From NCBI GenBank assembly GCA_025355585.1, contig JANXZJ010000108.1, forward strand, positions 8,589 through 72,588: a DNA stretch of 64,000 nucleotides. Direction: 5' to 3'. The position numbers and the translations under genes were made by a program. Of this stretch, positions 55,302-64,000 are shown in pieces. The number at the start of each line of letters is the position of its first letter. The first letter of the stretch is position 1. This DNA comes from Mariniphaga sp. GTDB lineage: Bacteria; Bacteroidota; Bacteroidia; Bacteroidales; Prolixibacteraceae. Under the pieces are notes generated by a model. That model searched no databases, was not told where the DNA came from, and worked only from the letters and a program-made list of their open reading frames with translations.

Positions 55302-55376
55302 CAAATACGCTCCTCGACAGTTTTGAGCAGTGAAAAAATGCTTAAAACAACTGGGGTACTTTGTACCTACTCATGA
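55302..55376 (+). pseudogene. Decayed fragment homologous to codons ~40-64 of the downstream Bro-N/DinD-like gene
   Basis: 55326-55376 translates SSEKMLKTTGVLCTYS*, against in-gene 55561-55608 SRDEMLKSNWGTICTP. Shared DNA strings are ATGCTTAAAA, CAACTGGGGTAC and TTTGTACC. Stops bound the fragment on both sides. Confidence 0.4.
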
Positions 55377-55416
55377 ACCAATGGATGAAATACAAGTGAT
55401 ACTATACATCTAAATT

Positions 55417-56256
55417 ATGAGCAACATTAAATTATTTGAGAGCAAACAAATACGTTCAATTTGGAATGAGAAAGATCGTAAATGGTACTTTTCAGTTCAA
55501 GATGTTGTCGAAGTGTTAACGGACAGTGCGGATGTTAAGCAATACATAAAAAAAACGCTGAGCCGTGATGAAATGCTTAAAAGCAACTGGGGTACAATTT
55601 GTACCCCAGTTGAAATGAAAGCTGCGGATGGTAGAAGACGAAAGATACAAGCGGCTGATGCAAAAGGCCTATTGCGCATCATTCAATCTATTCCTTCGCC
55701 AAAAGCTGAACCTTTTAAACTTTGGTTAGCTCAAGTTGGCTCCGACAGATTAGATGAAATTGAAAATCCAGAGATTGCTGCCAAACGAACAAGAGAATTA
55801 TATAAGCTAAAAGGTTATTCGGATGACTGGATTGAAAAGCGAATGCGAAGTATTGCTATTCGTGAGGAATTGACAGAAGAATGGAAAAACAGAGGCGTCA
55901 AAGAGGAAATAGAATATTCAATACTCACTGCCGAAATTTCAAAAGCAACGTTCGGGTTGACACCTTCCGAGTATAAAAAAGTGAAAGGACTGAAAAGCCA
56001 AAACCTGCGTGACCATATGACTGACCTTGAACTGATTTTTTCGATGTTAGGAGAAGCTTCAACCAAAGAAATTGTTACAAACACAGATCCTAAAGGATTT
56101 GAACCGAACAAAAAAGCAGCAAAAGCCGGTGGAAAAATTGCCGGTGATGCAAGGAAACAACTTGAGCTAAAATCGGGAAAGAAAGTAGTCACAAGCGCAA
56201 ACTATTTGCCGGAATCCCAAAAGAAAGGTATTAAACAGAAAAAAACTGAGGAATAA
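55417..56256 (+). CDS. Bro-N domain protein with DinD-like (DNA-damage-inducible protein D) C-terminal region
   Basis: 279 aa. The N-terminus FESKQIRSIWNEKDRKWYFSVQDVVEVL fits the Bro-N pattern. The C-terminus GLKSQNLRDHMTDLELIFSMLGEASTKEI resembles E. coli DinD as I recall it. Confidence 0.7.
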   Translation: MSNIKLFESKQIRSIWNEKDRKWYFSVQDVVEVLTDSADVKQYIKKTLSRDEMLKSNWGTICTPVEMKAADGRRRKIQAADAKGLLRIIQSIPSPKAEPFKLWLAQVGSDRLDEIENPEIAAKRTRELYKLKGYSDDWIEKRMRSIAIREELTEEWKNRGVKEEIEYSILTAEISKATFGLTPSEYKKVKGLKSQNLRDHMTDLELIFSMLGEASTKEIVTNTDPKGFEPNKKAAKAGGKIAGDARKQLELKSGKKVVTSANYLPESQKKGIKQKKTEE

Positions 56257-56268
56257 AAATAAACAAAA

Positions 56269-57600
56269 ATGAAAACCACCATCTTTTTCGCAATCCTGCT
56301 CGCAGTTCTTTTATCAGGAACCGTTCATGCTCAAAACTTCGACAAGGCAAAAATGGATCAGTTGTTCGATGTGCTTGACCAAAAAGAGAAGGCAATGGGT
56401 AGCTTAACGCTGTCGAAAAACGGGAATGTGATCTATAGCAGGGCAATCGGCTACAGTTCAATAACCGATGCCGCCAGGCAACCATCCACAACCCTGACCA
56501 AATACAGGATTGGTTCAATTAGCAAGATGTTTACAACCACAATGATTTTCCAGCTTGTCGAAGAGGGGAAATTAAAACTCTCAGCAACTTTGGATACTTA
56601 TTTCCCCAAACTGCCGAATGCAAACAAAATTACAATTGCTAACTTATTGAATCATCACAGCGGGTTGCATAATTTCACAAACGATCCGGAGTATTCCGGT
56701 TATATGACACAACCGAAAACCCAGGATGAAATGCTTGCTATATTTGCAAAAAGCAAGGTTGATTTTCAGCCAAATGAAAAAGGAGAATACAGCAACACCA
56801 ACTTTGTTGTCCTGGGATTTATTGTTGAAAAGATCACCAAACAGTCGTATTCAATTAACCTGAAGCAAAGAATCACGTCCAGGATTGGGCTTTCAAACAC
56901 ATACTATGGTGGCAAGACCAATCTGAACAACAATGAATGTTTTTCTTATCAGTTTGCCGCTAACTGGAAGCAAATGCCTGAAACAGATATGAGCATTCCC
57001 GGCGGAGCAGGTGCGGTTGTGTCAACGCCTACCGATCTCACTAAATTTATCGAGGCGTTATTTTCGTTGAAACTTATTAAGCAGAGCAGTTTAGACCAAA
57101 TGAAAACGATTACGGATGGCTATGGAATGGGGATGTTTCAAATACCATTCTACGATCTGAAAGCCTGGGGACACAACGGGGGCATCGATGGCTTTGGCTC
57201 GAACCTGGCTTATTTCCCTGATGATGGTTTAGCCATCGCCTATTGTACGAACGGTCAGGTATATCCTATGAATGATATTCTGATTGGCGTTTTAAGTATC
57301 TATTTTAACAAAGAATATTCAATTCCAACATTCAAAACCGTTTCATTAAAAACGGAAGAGCTCGACAAATACCTGGGTGTTTATTCGAGTACGCAACTTC
57401 CGTTGAAAATTACAATCACAAAAGACAACACCGCACTTATCGCGCAGGCTACCGGACAACCCTCTTTTCCACTTGAAGCGACTGAAAAAGACAAGTTTAA
57501 ATTTGACATGGCCGGCGTTGTGATGGAATTTAAACCTGACAAATATGAAATGACTTTGAAGCAAAATGGTGGTATTTATTTATTCACGAAGGATAAATAA
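56269..57600 (+). CDS. Serine hydrolase, beta-lactamase/DD-peptidase (class C-like) family, secreted
   Basis: 443 aa with a signal peptide, the SxxK motif (GSISKMF), YxN (EYSNTNF) and HNGG. Confidence 0.85.
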   Translation: MKTTIFFAILLAVLLSGTVHAQNFDKAKMDQLFDVLDQKEKAMGSLTLSKNGNVIYSRAIGYSSITDAARQPSTTLTKYRIGSISKMFTTTMIFQLVEEGKLKLSATLDTYFPKLPNANKITIANLLNHHSGLHNFTNDPEYSGYMTQPKTQDEMLAIFAKSKVDFQPNEKGEYSNTNFVVLGFIVEKITKQSYSINLKQRITSRIGLSNTYYGGKTNLNNNECFSYQFAANWKQMPETDMSIPGGAGAVVSTPTDLTKFIEALFSLKLIKQSSLDQMKTITDGYGMGMFQIPFYDLKAWGHNGGIDGFGSNLAYFPDDGLAIAYCTNGQVYPMNDILIGVLSIYFNKEYSIPTFKTVSLKTEELDKYLGVYSSTQLPLKITITKDNTALIAQATGQPSFPLEATEKDKFKFDMAGVVMEFKPDKYEMTLKQNGGIYLFTKDK

Positions 57601-57657
57601 CCTTTTCACGTATCAGCAAAGTTTATAATTAACTACATTTCAGTTATTCAGCATTCT

Positions 57658-60054
57658 ATGCAGAAACTCATAAAATTGGTTTTGGTCTTTTCTTTGATGT
57701 ACGCGTGTAATCAAAAGGAAGTGCCTCCTATCCACTTACATCAGGTTCCGTTTACAGCTGTTCATCTCACCGATCAGTTTTGGGCGCCGAAAATAAATAT
57801 CAACCGGTCAGTTTCAATTCCCTCTGCCTTCAAAAAATGCGAGGAAACGGGTCGGATGGATAATTTCGCTTTGGCTGGCGGATTGATCAAAGGAGAACAT
57901 AAAGGTGATTTTCCGTTTGACGATACAGACGTTTACAAAGTGCTCGAAGGGGCTTCGTATGCATTGGCTGTTCAGTACGACCGGAAACTCGACAATTACC
58001 TCGATAGTGTAATCACATTGATTGGAGCGGCCCAGGAAAAGGACGGTTACCTTTATACGTGTCTGACCAACAAATGCAAACGAATAGAACGCTGGTACGG
58101 GAAAGGTCGCTGGGATCGGTTGAACAGCCACGAATTGTACAATTGCGGTCACCTTTACGAAGCGGCAGTTGCCCATTTTCAGGCCACCGGAAAACGAACC
58201 TTACTCAATATTGCATTGAAAAATGCCGACCTGGTGAACACAGTTTTTGGACCCGGCAAAGGGCAAAAGAAAGTCCCTTCTGGGCACCCGATTGTTGAAA
58301 TGGCACTTGTTAAACTTTACAGGGTTACAAACGACGAAAAATACCTCAAACTGGCCCGGTTTTTTATTGATGAAACAGGGAAAGGCACCGATGGTCATAA
58401 GTTGAGCGAATACAGCCAGGATCACAAACCAATTATTAACCAGGATGAAGCTGTCGGACATGCGGTTCGTCTGGGTTACCTTTATTCCGGTGTAACCGAT
58501 GTTGCTTCCCTGATGAAGGATGATACATTGATGAATGCCGCCAAACGTGTTTGGGAAAACGTGGTTTCGAAGAAACTTTACATCACCGGAGGCATTGGTT
58601 CGCGGGCACAAGGCGAAGGCTTTGGCCCCAATTACGAACTTCCCAACATGACTGCTTATTGCGAAACCTGCGCTTCGATAGCGAATGTTTACTGGAACTA
58701 CCGTTTATTTCTGAATGACGGGAACTCAAAATACTTTGATGTGCTGGAACGCGCACTTTACAATGGCGTGATTTCGGGCGTTTCGCTGAGCGGCGACAAA
58801 TTTTTCTACGACAATCCCCTCGAATCGGCTCATAACCACGACCGCGCTCCCTGGTTTGGCTGTGCCTGTTGCCCGGGAAACATCACCCGCTTTATGGCTT
58901 CGGTGCCCGGATATGTTTACACAACCGACGAACATAGCATCTACGTGAATCTTTTTGCCGCGGGAAATGCTTCAATTCCGCTTGGTAAAGACACCATCAG
59001 ATTAAATCAGCAGACCCGCTATCCATGGGAAGGAAAGGTTACGATTGTGGTAAACAAGATTGGCGCTGAAAGTTTTGGCCTGAAAATCCGTATTCCGGGA
59101 TGGGCACAAAATCAGGCTGTTCCATCTGATCTTTATCGGTTTACCGATAAAAATGAAGAAAAATACTTCATCAGTCTTAATGGGAAAATCAAATCGCCGA
59201 AAGTTGTGAATGGCTATGCCATATTGGAAAACAACTGGAAAAATGGGGATGTTATTGAGGTTAATTTACCGATGCCGGTACGTAAAATTGAAGCCAACAA
59301 GCAAGTATCCAACGATAACGGCAAACTTGCCTATCAGCGGGGACCTTTGATGTATTGTTTCGAGGATAAAGACAACAACAATGGTTGGATGTTTGATGCG
59401 CTTGTGTTGCCTGATGAACCGGTGGTCAATCAATTTGAAGAAAATATGCTGGGTGGTGTGGTCACCCTTTCGATGATAGGTTACACCGTAAACCAAACCG
59501 AAGATTCAAGGACTGTTGAAGCGGTTAAGCTAAAGGCCATTCCATATTATTCATGGAACAACCGGGGAACATCCAATATGCTGATCTGGATGCCCATCAA
59601 AGAAGCTGCGACGACAATGAAACCTGCACCGGCATTATCAGATTCGGCGAAAGCAATGGCTTCAACCGATTGGGCACCGGGTCTTAATGATGGTTTCGAT
59701 CCGAAAAACTCGGGCGATACCGATAAATCATATTTCTATTGGTGGTTGAAAAAGGGCTCTGATGAATCTGTTAATTATGAGTTTAAAAAACCGGTTACCC
59801 TTTCCGAATCCTCTGTTTACTGGCTGAATATGGATCATTACGACGGTAACTACCGCGTACCTGAAAATTGGCAACTTCTTTATCTGGATACTCACAAACA
59901 ATGGGTTCCGGTCGAAACTCTGGATAGTTACACCGTGAAAACGGACTGCTACAACACGGTTAAATTCAAACCTGTGACAACGATGGGACTTCAAATCAAA
60001 GCTAAATTGCAGAAAGACAATTCAGGAGGTATTCTTGAATGGAAATTGAAATAA
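57658..60054 (+). CDS. Glycoside hydrolase family 127 (beta-L-arabinofuranosidase-like, DUF1680) lipoprotein
   Basis: 798 aa with lipoprotein signal LMYAC. Cys-rich catalytic/zinc motifs CETCAS and GCACCPGNITRF are present, plus a C-terminal beta-sandwich extension. Confidence 0.85.
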   Translation: MQKLIKLVLVFSLMYACNQKEVPPIHLHQVPFTAVHLTDQFWAPKININRSVSIPSAFKKCEETGRMDNFALAGGLIKGEHKGDFPFDDTDVYKVLEGASYALAVQYDRKLDNYLDSVITLIGAAQEKDGYLYTCLTNKCKRIERWYGKGRWDRLNSHELYNCGHLYEAAVAHFQATGKRTLLNIALKNADLVNTVFGPGKGQKKVPSGHPIVEMALVKLYRVTNDEKYLKLARFFIDETGKGTDGHKLSEYSQDHKPIINQDEAVGHAVRLGYLYSGVTDVASLMKDDTLMNAAKRVWENVVSKKLYITGGIGSRAQGEGFGPNYELPNMTAYCETCASIANVYWNYRLFLNDGNSKYFDVLERALYNGVISGVSLSGDKFFYDNPLESAHNHDRAPWFGCACCPGNITRFMASVPGYVYTTDEHSIYVNLFAAGNASIPLGKDTIRLNQQTRYPWEGKVTIVVNKIGAESFGLKIRIPGWAQNQAVPSDLYRFTDKNEEKYFISLNGKIKSPKVVNGYAILENNWKNGDVIEVNLPMPVRKIEANKQVSNDNGKLAYQRGPLMYCFEDKDNNNGWMFDALVLPDEPVVNQFEENMLGGVVTLSMIGYTVNQTEDSRTVEAVKLKAIPYYSWNNRGTSNMLIWMPIKEAATTMKPAPALSDSAKAMASTDWAPGLNDGFDPKNSGDTDKSYFYWWLKKGSDESVNYEFKKPVTLSESSVYWLNMDHYDGNYRVPENWQLLYLDTHKQWVPVETLDSYTVKTDCYNTVKFKPVTTMGLQIKAKLQKDNSGGILEWKLK

Positions 60055-60135
60055 CAAGGTTTGCTGCACACTTGTAATGTCAATTGGAAATTTACGGAAA
60101 CCGTGCCCTTCAACAAAATCAATCCAATTTGTAGG

Positions 60136-60143
60136 TAGTTTTG
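60136..60143 (+). promoter_or_regulatory. -7 box TAGTTTTG upstream of the acyl-CoA ligase gene
   Basis: TAnnTTTG match 35 nt upstream of ATG 60178. Confidence 0.4.
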
Positions 60144-60177
60144 CAACATTTTTTACTTTTACCGAAAATGTAAGACT

Positions 60178-61965
60178 ATGCCAGTAAAACGTACCTTCGA
60201 TATCCTCGAACATTGTTTAAAAAACTATCCAAGGGCAGATGCAGTTGCCGGGAAATACGATAACCAGTGGGTTCCTTTTAGCACGGAGCAGTTTGCACGT
60301 CAATCGGAGTTACTGGCATTGGGATTGATGGCGCTGGGCTTAAAAAAGGGAGATCGCGTTGCAACCGTATCCGGGAATCGTCCCGAATGGAGCTTTGTCG
60401 ATATGGCGCTGGCAATGACCGGAGCGGTTCATGTTCCAGTCTATCCGACTATCAGCGAAGACGAATACAGCTATATTTTTAATCATGCCGAAACACGCTA
60501 TATTTTTGTTTCCGACGATAAGCTGTTTAAAAAACTGAGTCCGATGATCGGGCAGATTACCAATTTGGAGCAGATTTTTACCTTTAATCAGGTTGATGGG
60601 GCCACCAATATCGAATATCTCTACAATTTGGGAAAAGAACACGAACAGGACCTTGCGTATTCGCTTCACCAATTAAAGCATTCAATTGGTGAGGAGGAGA
60701 TGGTAACCATGATTTATACGTCCGGAACGACTGGTACGCCAAAAGGGGTGATGCTTTCACACAGAAATCTTGTATCTAATTTTACCGGAAGTGCCAATAA
60801 CTTTGTTATGGGGGTGGATCATAAGGCGATTTCATTTCTCCCACTTTGTCATATTTTCGAGCGAATCGTCAATTACACTTTTCTCTCGAAAGGAATTGGA
60901 GTTTACTATGTTGAATCGCTGGCTCAGATCATGCCTGCCATAAAGGAGGTTCAGCCACATATATTCTGTGGCGTACCCCGCTTGCTCGAAAGGGTTTACA
61001 GCAGTATTCTTACAAAGGGAAAGCAACTGAAAGGAATTAAAAAGAAACTCTTTTTCTGGGCGGTTGAACTTGGACGCAATTATGAGTTTAATGCAAAGAT
61101 GAATCCCTTGTTTCGAATGAAACTGGCCATTGCAGATCGGTTAATCTATTCGAAATGGCGAGAGGCCCTGGGTGGTAACCTGCAGATTGTGGTATCGGGC
61201 GGAGCGGCATTGCAGCCCCGGATCGCAAGGGTGTTCAGCGCTGCGAAGATCTATGTTTTGGAGGGATATGGCCTTACTGAAACTTCACCGGTCATTGCCG
61301 TGAGCAACCTGGTGACACGCGAATTAAAGGTAGGAACCAACGGTCCTGTGTTACCCGGTGTTCAGGTAAAGATTGCTGAAGATGGTGAGATACTTACAAA
61401 GGGCCCAAACCTGATGATGGGTTATTACCAGCAGCCCGAACTTACAGCAGAGGTAATAGACAAGGACGGGTGGTTTCATACAGGTGATATTGGCATTCTT
61501 GACGAGGGTAAATACCTGAAGATTACCGACCGGAAGAAAGAGATTTTCAAACTCACAGGAGGCAAATATATTGCGCCTCAAATGATTGAAAATAAGTTGA
61601 AGGAGTCGATGTTCATTGATCAGGTGATTGTGATTGGCGATCACGAAAAGTTTGCGAGCGCGCTGATTGCCCCCAACTTCGAATACCTTCAGGTCTGGTG
61701 TACCGAAAATCAAATTCCTTACACCAGCAATGCCGAAATGATTAATCATCAAAAAGTTCAGGTGGTATTTCTGCGAGAAGTAAAAGAGATCAATAAAACC
61801 CTCGGACAGCACGAGGAGATTAAACGGTTCAGACTAATCGCCGATTCTTGGAGTCCCCAGACCGGTGAATTGTCGCAGACATTGAAATTAAAACGAAAGA
61901 TTATTGAAGCACAATACAAAGATCTTATCGAGGAGATTTTCGTTTCTTCACGCGAGGAGAACTAA
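60178..61965 (+). CDS. fadD: Long-chain fatty acid--CoA ligase (AMP-forming, ANL superfamily)
   Basis: 595 aa with the AMP-binding motifs MIYTSGTTGTPKGV, EGYGLTETS and TGDIG...DRKKEIFKLTGGKYI. Confidence 0.9.
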   Translation: MPVKRTFDILEHCLKNYPRADAVAGKYDNQWVPFSTEQFARQSELLALGLMALGLKKGDRVATVSGNRPEWSFVDMALAMTGAVHVPVYPTISEDEYSYIFNHAETRYIFVSDDKLFKKLSPMIGQITNLEQIFTFNQVDGATNIEYLYNLGKEHEQDLAYSLHQLKHSIGEEEMVTMIYTSGTTGTPKGVMLSHRNLVSNFTGSANNFVMGVDHKAISFLPLCHIFERIVNYTFLSKGIGVYYVESLAQIMPAIKEVQPHIFCGVPRLLERVYSSILTKGKQLKGIKKKLFFWAVELGRNYEFNAKMNPLFRMKLAIADRLIYSKWREALGGNLQIVVSGGAALQPRIARVFSAAKIYVLEGYGLTETSPVIAVSNLVTRELKVGTNGPVLPGVQVKIAEDGEILTKGPNLMMGYYQQPELTAEVIDKDGWFHTGDIGILDEGKYLKITDRKKEIFKLTGGKYIAPQMIENKLKESMFIDQVIVIGDHEKFASALIAPNFEYLQVWCTENQIPYTSNAEMINHQKVQVVFLREVKEINKTLGQHEEIKRFRLIADSWSPQTGELSQTLKLKRKIIEAQYKDLIEEIFVSSREEN

Positions 61966-62623
61966 CCTTCTTTTCGCGGGGAGTACTGACCTCCGGTTTT
62001 AATGGGTCCCGTTTATTCTTTTTAAGTTCCGGATAGTTAAACATTCCGAACTTCACCGATGCGACCAGAGAGAATCCATTCAGATCGCTTGATATAAGTG
62101 AGTTGTAAGATACATTCGCAGTGGTCCGATAGCTGCCGCCGAATCCGAGTTTGGCATATTTCCAGACATTGATTTCGATCATCATTCCCGGTTCGGCGAA
62201 GTAGAAGTTTGGACTACCTGTTGCTGTAACGTTTTTGCTTTCAATGATATTCATCTGGCCAATACCTGCTGATAAGGGAAATGTGAGATGCACAACCTGA
62301 AGCGGCCACAAGGTATATTCGAAATGAATCCCACCCCACTTCATCCCAAGTTTACCTGCCCCTTTTGACGCCGGTAATGCAATATCGCCAATCGTCATAT
62401 TATAGACTCCACCGATGAGAAATTTATTATTGAGAATTACGCCGGCCCGAATTCCCGGAATACCACAAAATTGTTGGACTATCTGGCTGTATTGATATGT
62501 TGGATTAATAAAGAGACTCAGGGGTGTGGATTTGTCCTTGAAAAGATGTGTTTTAATTTTCGATTGTCCGTTCACCTGCAGTGTACAAAAAAGGAGCGTA
62601 CACATTGCGATTAATATTCTCAT
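61925..62623 (-). CDS. Hypothetical secreted protein, probable small beta-barrel, with basic Pro/Lys/Arg C-terminal tail
   Basis: 232 aa with a signal peptide (LLFCTLQVNGQ). It has alternating aromatic/Gly-rich beta-strand-like segments and the tail KKNKRDPLKPEVSTPREKKVSSPRVKKRKSPR. The last 41 nt overlap the fadD 3' end antisense. Confidence 0.5.
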   Translation of the reverse strand: MRILIAMCTLLFCTLQVNGQSKIKTHLFKDKSTPLSLFINPTYQYSQIVQQFCGIPGIRAGVILNNKFLIGGVYNMTIGDIALPASKGAGKLGMKWGGIHFEYTLWPLQVVHLTFPLSAGIGQMNIIESKNVTATGSPNFYFAEPGMMIEINVWKYAKLGFGGSYRTTANVSYNSLISSDLNGFSLVASVKFGMFNYPELKKNKRDPLKPEVSTPREKKVSSPRVKKRKSPR

Positions 62624-62958
62624 ACCGTCAAATTTATGGATGGTTCGATTGATGGTTCAAAAGTAGAAATTACAGTGCTATACGGAAATTTATGGCTAAA
62701 AATATTTCATTTTATTGAAAGTTGAAGTAATCTTCCTTGTTTTGACTTCGTTAACTTTCGCGATCATTTGGGTAATGCCCGGAGGAAGAGCAGGTGATAT
62801 GGGAGTGTAAAGAATTGAAAAATAGTAAATTGGTTATTTTATCGATTATATTTGCCACAATGTTAATTAAACGGTTTAGATTAATCGAAAAGGTTTTATT
62901 TTTGTTGCGTTGAATTTCGGACACTTGTCTTATTTTCATAACTGAATTTTATTTGTTT

Positions 62959-63885
62959 ATGGAGAAGATTTTAATTACCGGAGCTACCGGCAATGTTGGT
63001 TTAACCACCCTTAAATTGCTGGAAAGTAAACATTATCCCGGTGTTGAGGTTGTTGCTGCCGTCCGGGATATTGAGCGGGCAAGGAAAATTGAAGGAATAG
63101 CCGACTGCAATTTCTGTCAATTTGAGTTTGATGAGCCATCTACCTATGATAAAGCTCTTGAGGGAGTTACCAAGATTGTACTGATTCGTCCAAACCAGGT
63201 TTCAGATGTTTCGAAGTATATTTTCCCTTTTCTGGCCAAAGCCGAGCAGGTTGGCGTAAAACACATTGTTTTCATTTCGATCGTCGGTGCCGAACGCAAT
63301 CGCATATTTGCCAATCACCGCACCGAAAACCACTTCAAAAAGCTGAATATTCCATCGACGATTCTGCGTCCATCTCTTTACATGCAGAATCTTTCAACCT
63401 TGCATCGCCATGATATTCAAGAACATGATAAGATTAATATTCCAGGGGGAGCTGGTTTTGTCAACTACATTGATGTGAGGGATGTTGCAGAGGCAATCGT
63501 TACGGTACTAATGATTCCGGGACATGAAAATCAGGCTTACGATATTACCGGCCCTGAGGTGATGGATTTTTATCAGATTGCAAAGATTTTTTCCACCGAA
63601 CTCGAACGTGAGATCAAGTACACACGACCTTCGGCTATCATGTTCGTTCGGCAGAAGCTGATGGACAAGAAAATGTTGCTTTACGTGCTTACCCTTTCGT
63701 TGCTTTACAATGCGGTCAGGGGTGGTAAAATGAATTATACCAATGAGGTCTTTCGCAGCATCACAGGTCACGATCCCCGTCATCTTGCGGATTTTATACA
63801 TGAATACCGGGAGTGCTGGTTAAAATTGGATAAAAAAGAGAAAGTCAAAAAAACGAGAAATAGCCTGCATCTGCCACATATTTAA
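62959..63885 (+). CDS. NmrA-family / atypical SDR NAD(P)-binding protein
   Basis: ORF 62953..63885; the likely ATG is at 62959. It has the Rossmann motif ILITGATGNVG. Confidence 0.8.
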   Translation: MEKILITGATGNVGLTTLKLLESKHYPGVEVVAAVRDIERARKIEGIADCNFCQFEFDEPSTYDKALEGVTKIVLIRPNQVSDVSKYIFPFLAKAEQVGVKHIVFISIVGAERNRIFANHRTENHFKKLNIPSTILRPSLYMQNLSTLHRHDIQEHDKINIPGGAGFVNYIDVRDVAEAIVTVLMIPGHENQAYDITGPEVMDFYQIAKIFSTELEREIKYTRPSAIMFVRQKLMDKKMLLYVLTLSLLYNAVRGGKMNYTNEVFRSITGHDPRHLADFIHEYRECWLKLDKKEKVKKTRNSLHLPHI

Positions 63886-63893
63886 ACACCAGC

Positions 63894-64000
63894 GTGAAAA
63901 ATACAGTTTTATTCCTTGGATTGATATTTTTCTGTAACGCTTTATTTTCGCAGAAATCTAAGACGCTCCCCATCTCTTTAGAAAAGCTGGAAACTGATTT
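63894..64000 (+). CDS. 5' end of a secreted protein gene (runs off the right window edge)
   Basis: GTG at 63894 opens VKNTVLFLGLIFFCNALFSQKSKTLPISLEKLETD, a signal-peptide-like N-terminus. The product is not identifiable. Confidence 0.3.
   Translation, partial: MKNTVLFLGLIFFCNALFSQKSKTLPISLEKLETD

Noticed and set aside
50873-56260. PIN/antitoxin pair and Bro-N gene as parts of a prophage or integrative element
   Set aside because: The two loci are separated by the core gene ccsBA. No integrase, transposase, structural phage genes or att-like flanking repeats are present. They are better described as isolated small accessory insertions.
62751-62939. 62-aa minus-strand ORF in the gap before the NmrA-like gene
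   Set aside because: It is AT-rich and low-complexity, with no motifs, and it occupies the region expected to hold divergent promoters.

Overview
All family calls below come from reading motifs in the translations; I ran no searches.

The window looks like a chromosomal segment of a Bacteroidota genome. The evidence is T9SS/gliding genes porU and gldJ, a Bacteroidota-type HU-like protein, a DUF4492-cydAB operon, and TAnnTTTG -7 promoter boxes.

Most of the window is densely packed housekeeping: plsY, lon, ispF, murF, CCA-adding enzyme, L31 type B, tex, ssb, alaS, nif3, tRNA-His.

Respiration genes are unusually concentrated:
- A cytochrome bd operon, plus an unlisted 37-codon cydX-like ORF.
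- One roughly 9-kb co-directional cluster joining a stripped-down NrfC/NrfD/monohaem-c module (ACIII-like but lacking most Act subunits), copper-handling genes and a caa3-type oxidase in the unusual order I-III-IV-II-ctaB.
- A fused CcsBA cytochrome c maturation protein.

There is no rRNA, CRISPR array, integrase or transposase.

The observations most worth a second look:
1. The minimal ACIII-like/oxidase cluster (28793-38113).
2. A perfectly phased 13 x 21-bp tandem array (24876-25148) that is also an open heptad-repeat reading frame next to a possibly decayed gene.
3. A single-polypeptide FakA-like/DegV fusion, translationally coupled through two membrane proteins to plsY.
4. Small unlisted ORFs: the cydX-like ORF and a 56-codon partner of a PIN-domain gene.
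5. A Bro-N/DinD-like gene preceded by a decayed copy of its own 5' part.
6. Several phased intergenic repeat sets: 10-bp AACCGG units, 22-bp CATGAAATTA units, and a REP-like palindrome inside the operon.

I cannot claim a definite new system from sequence alone.
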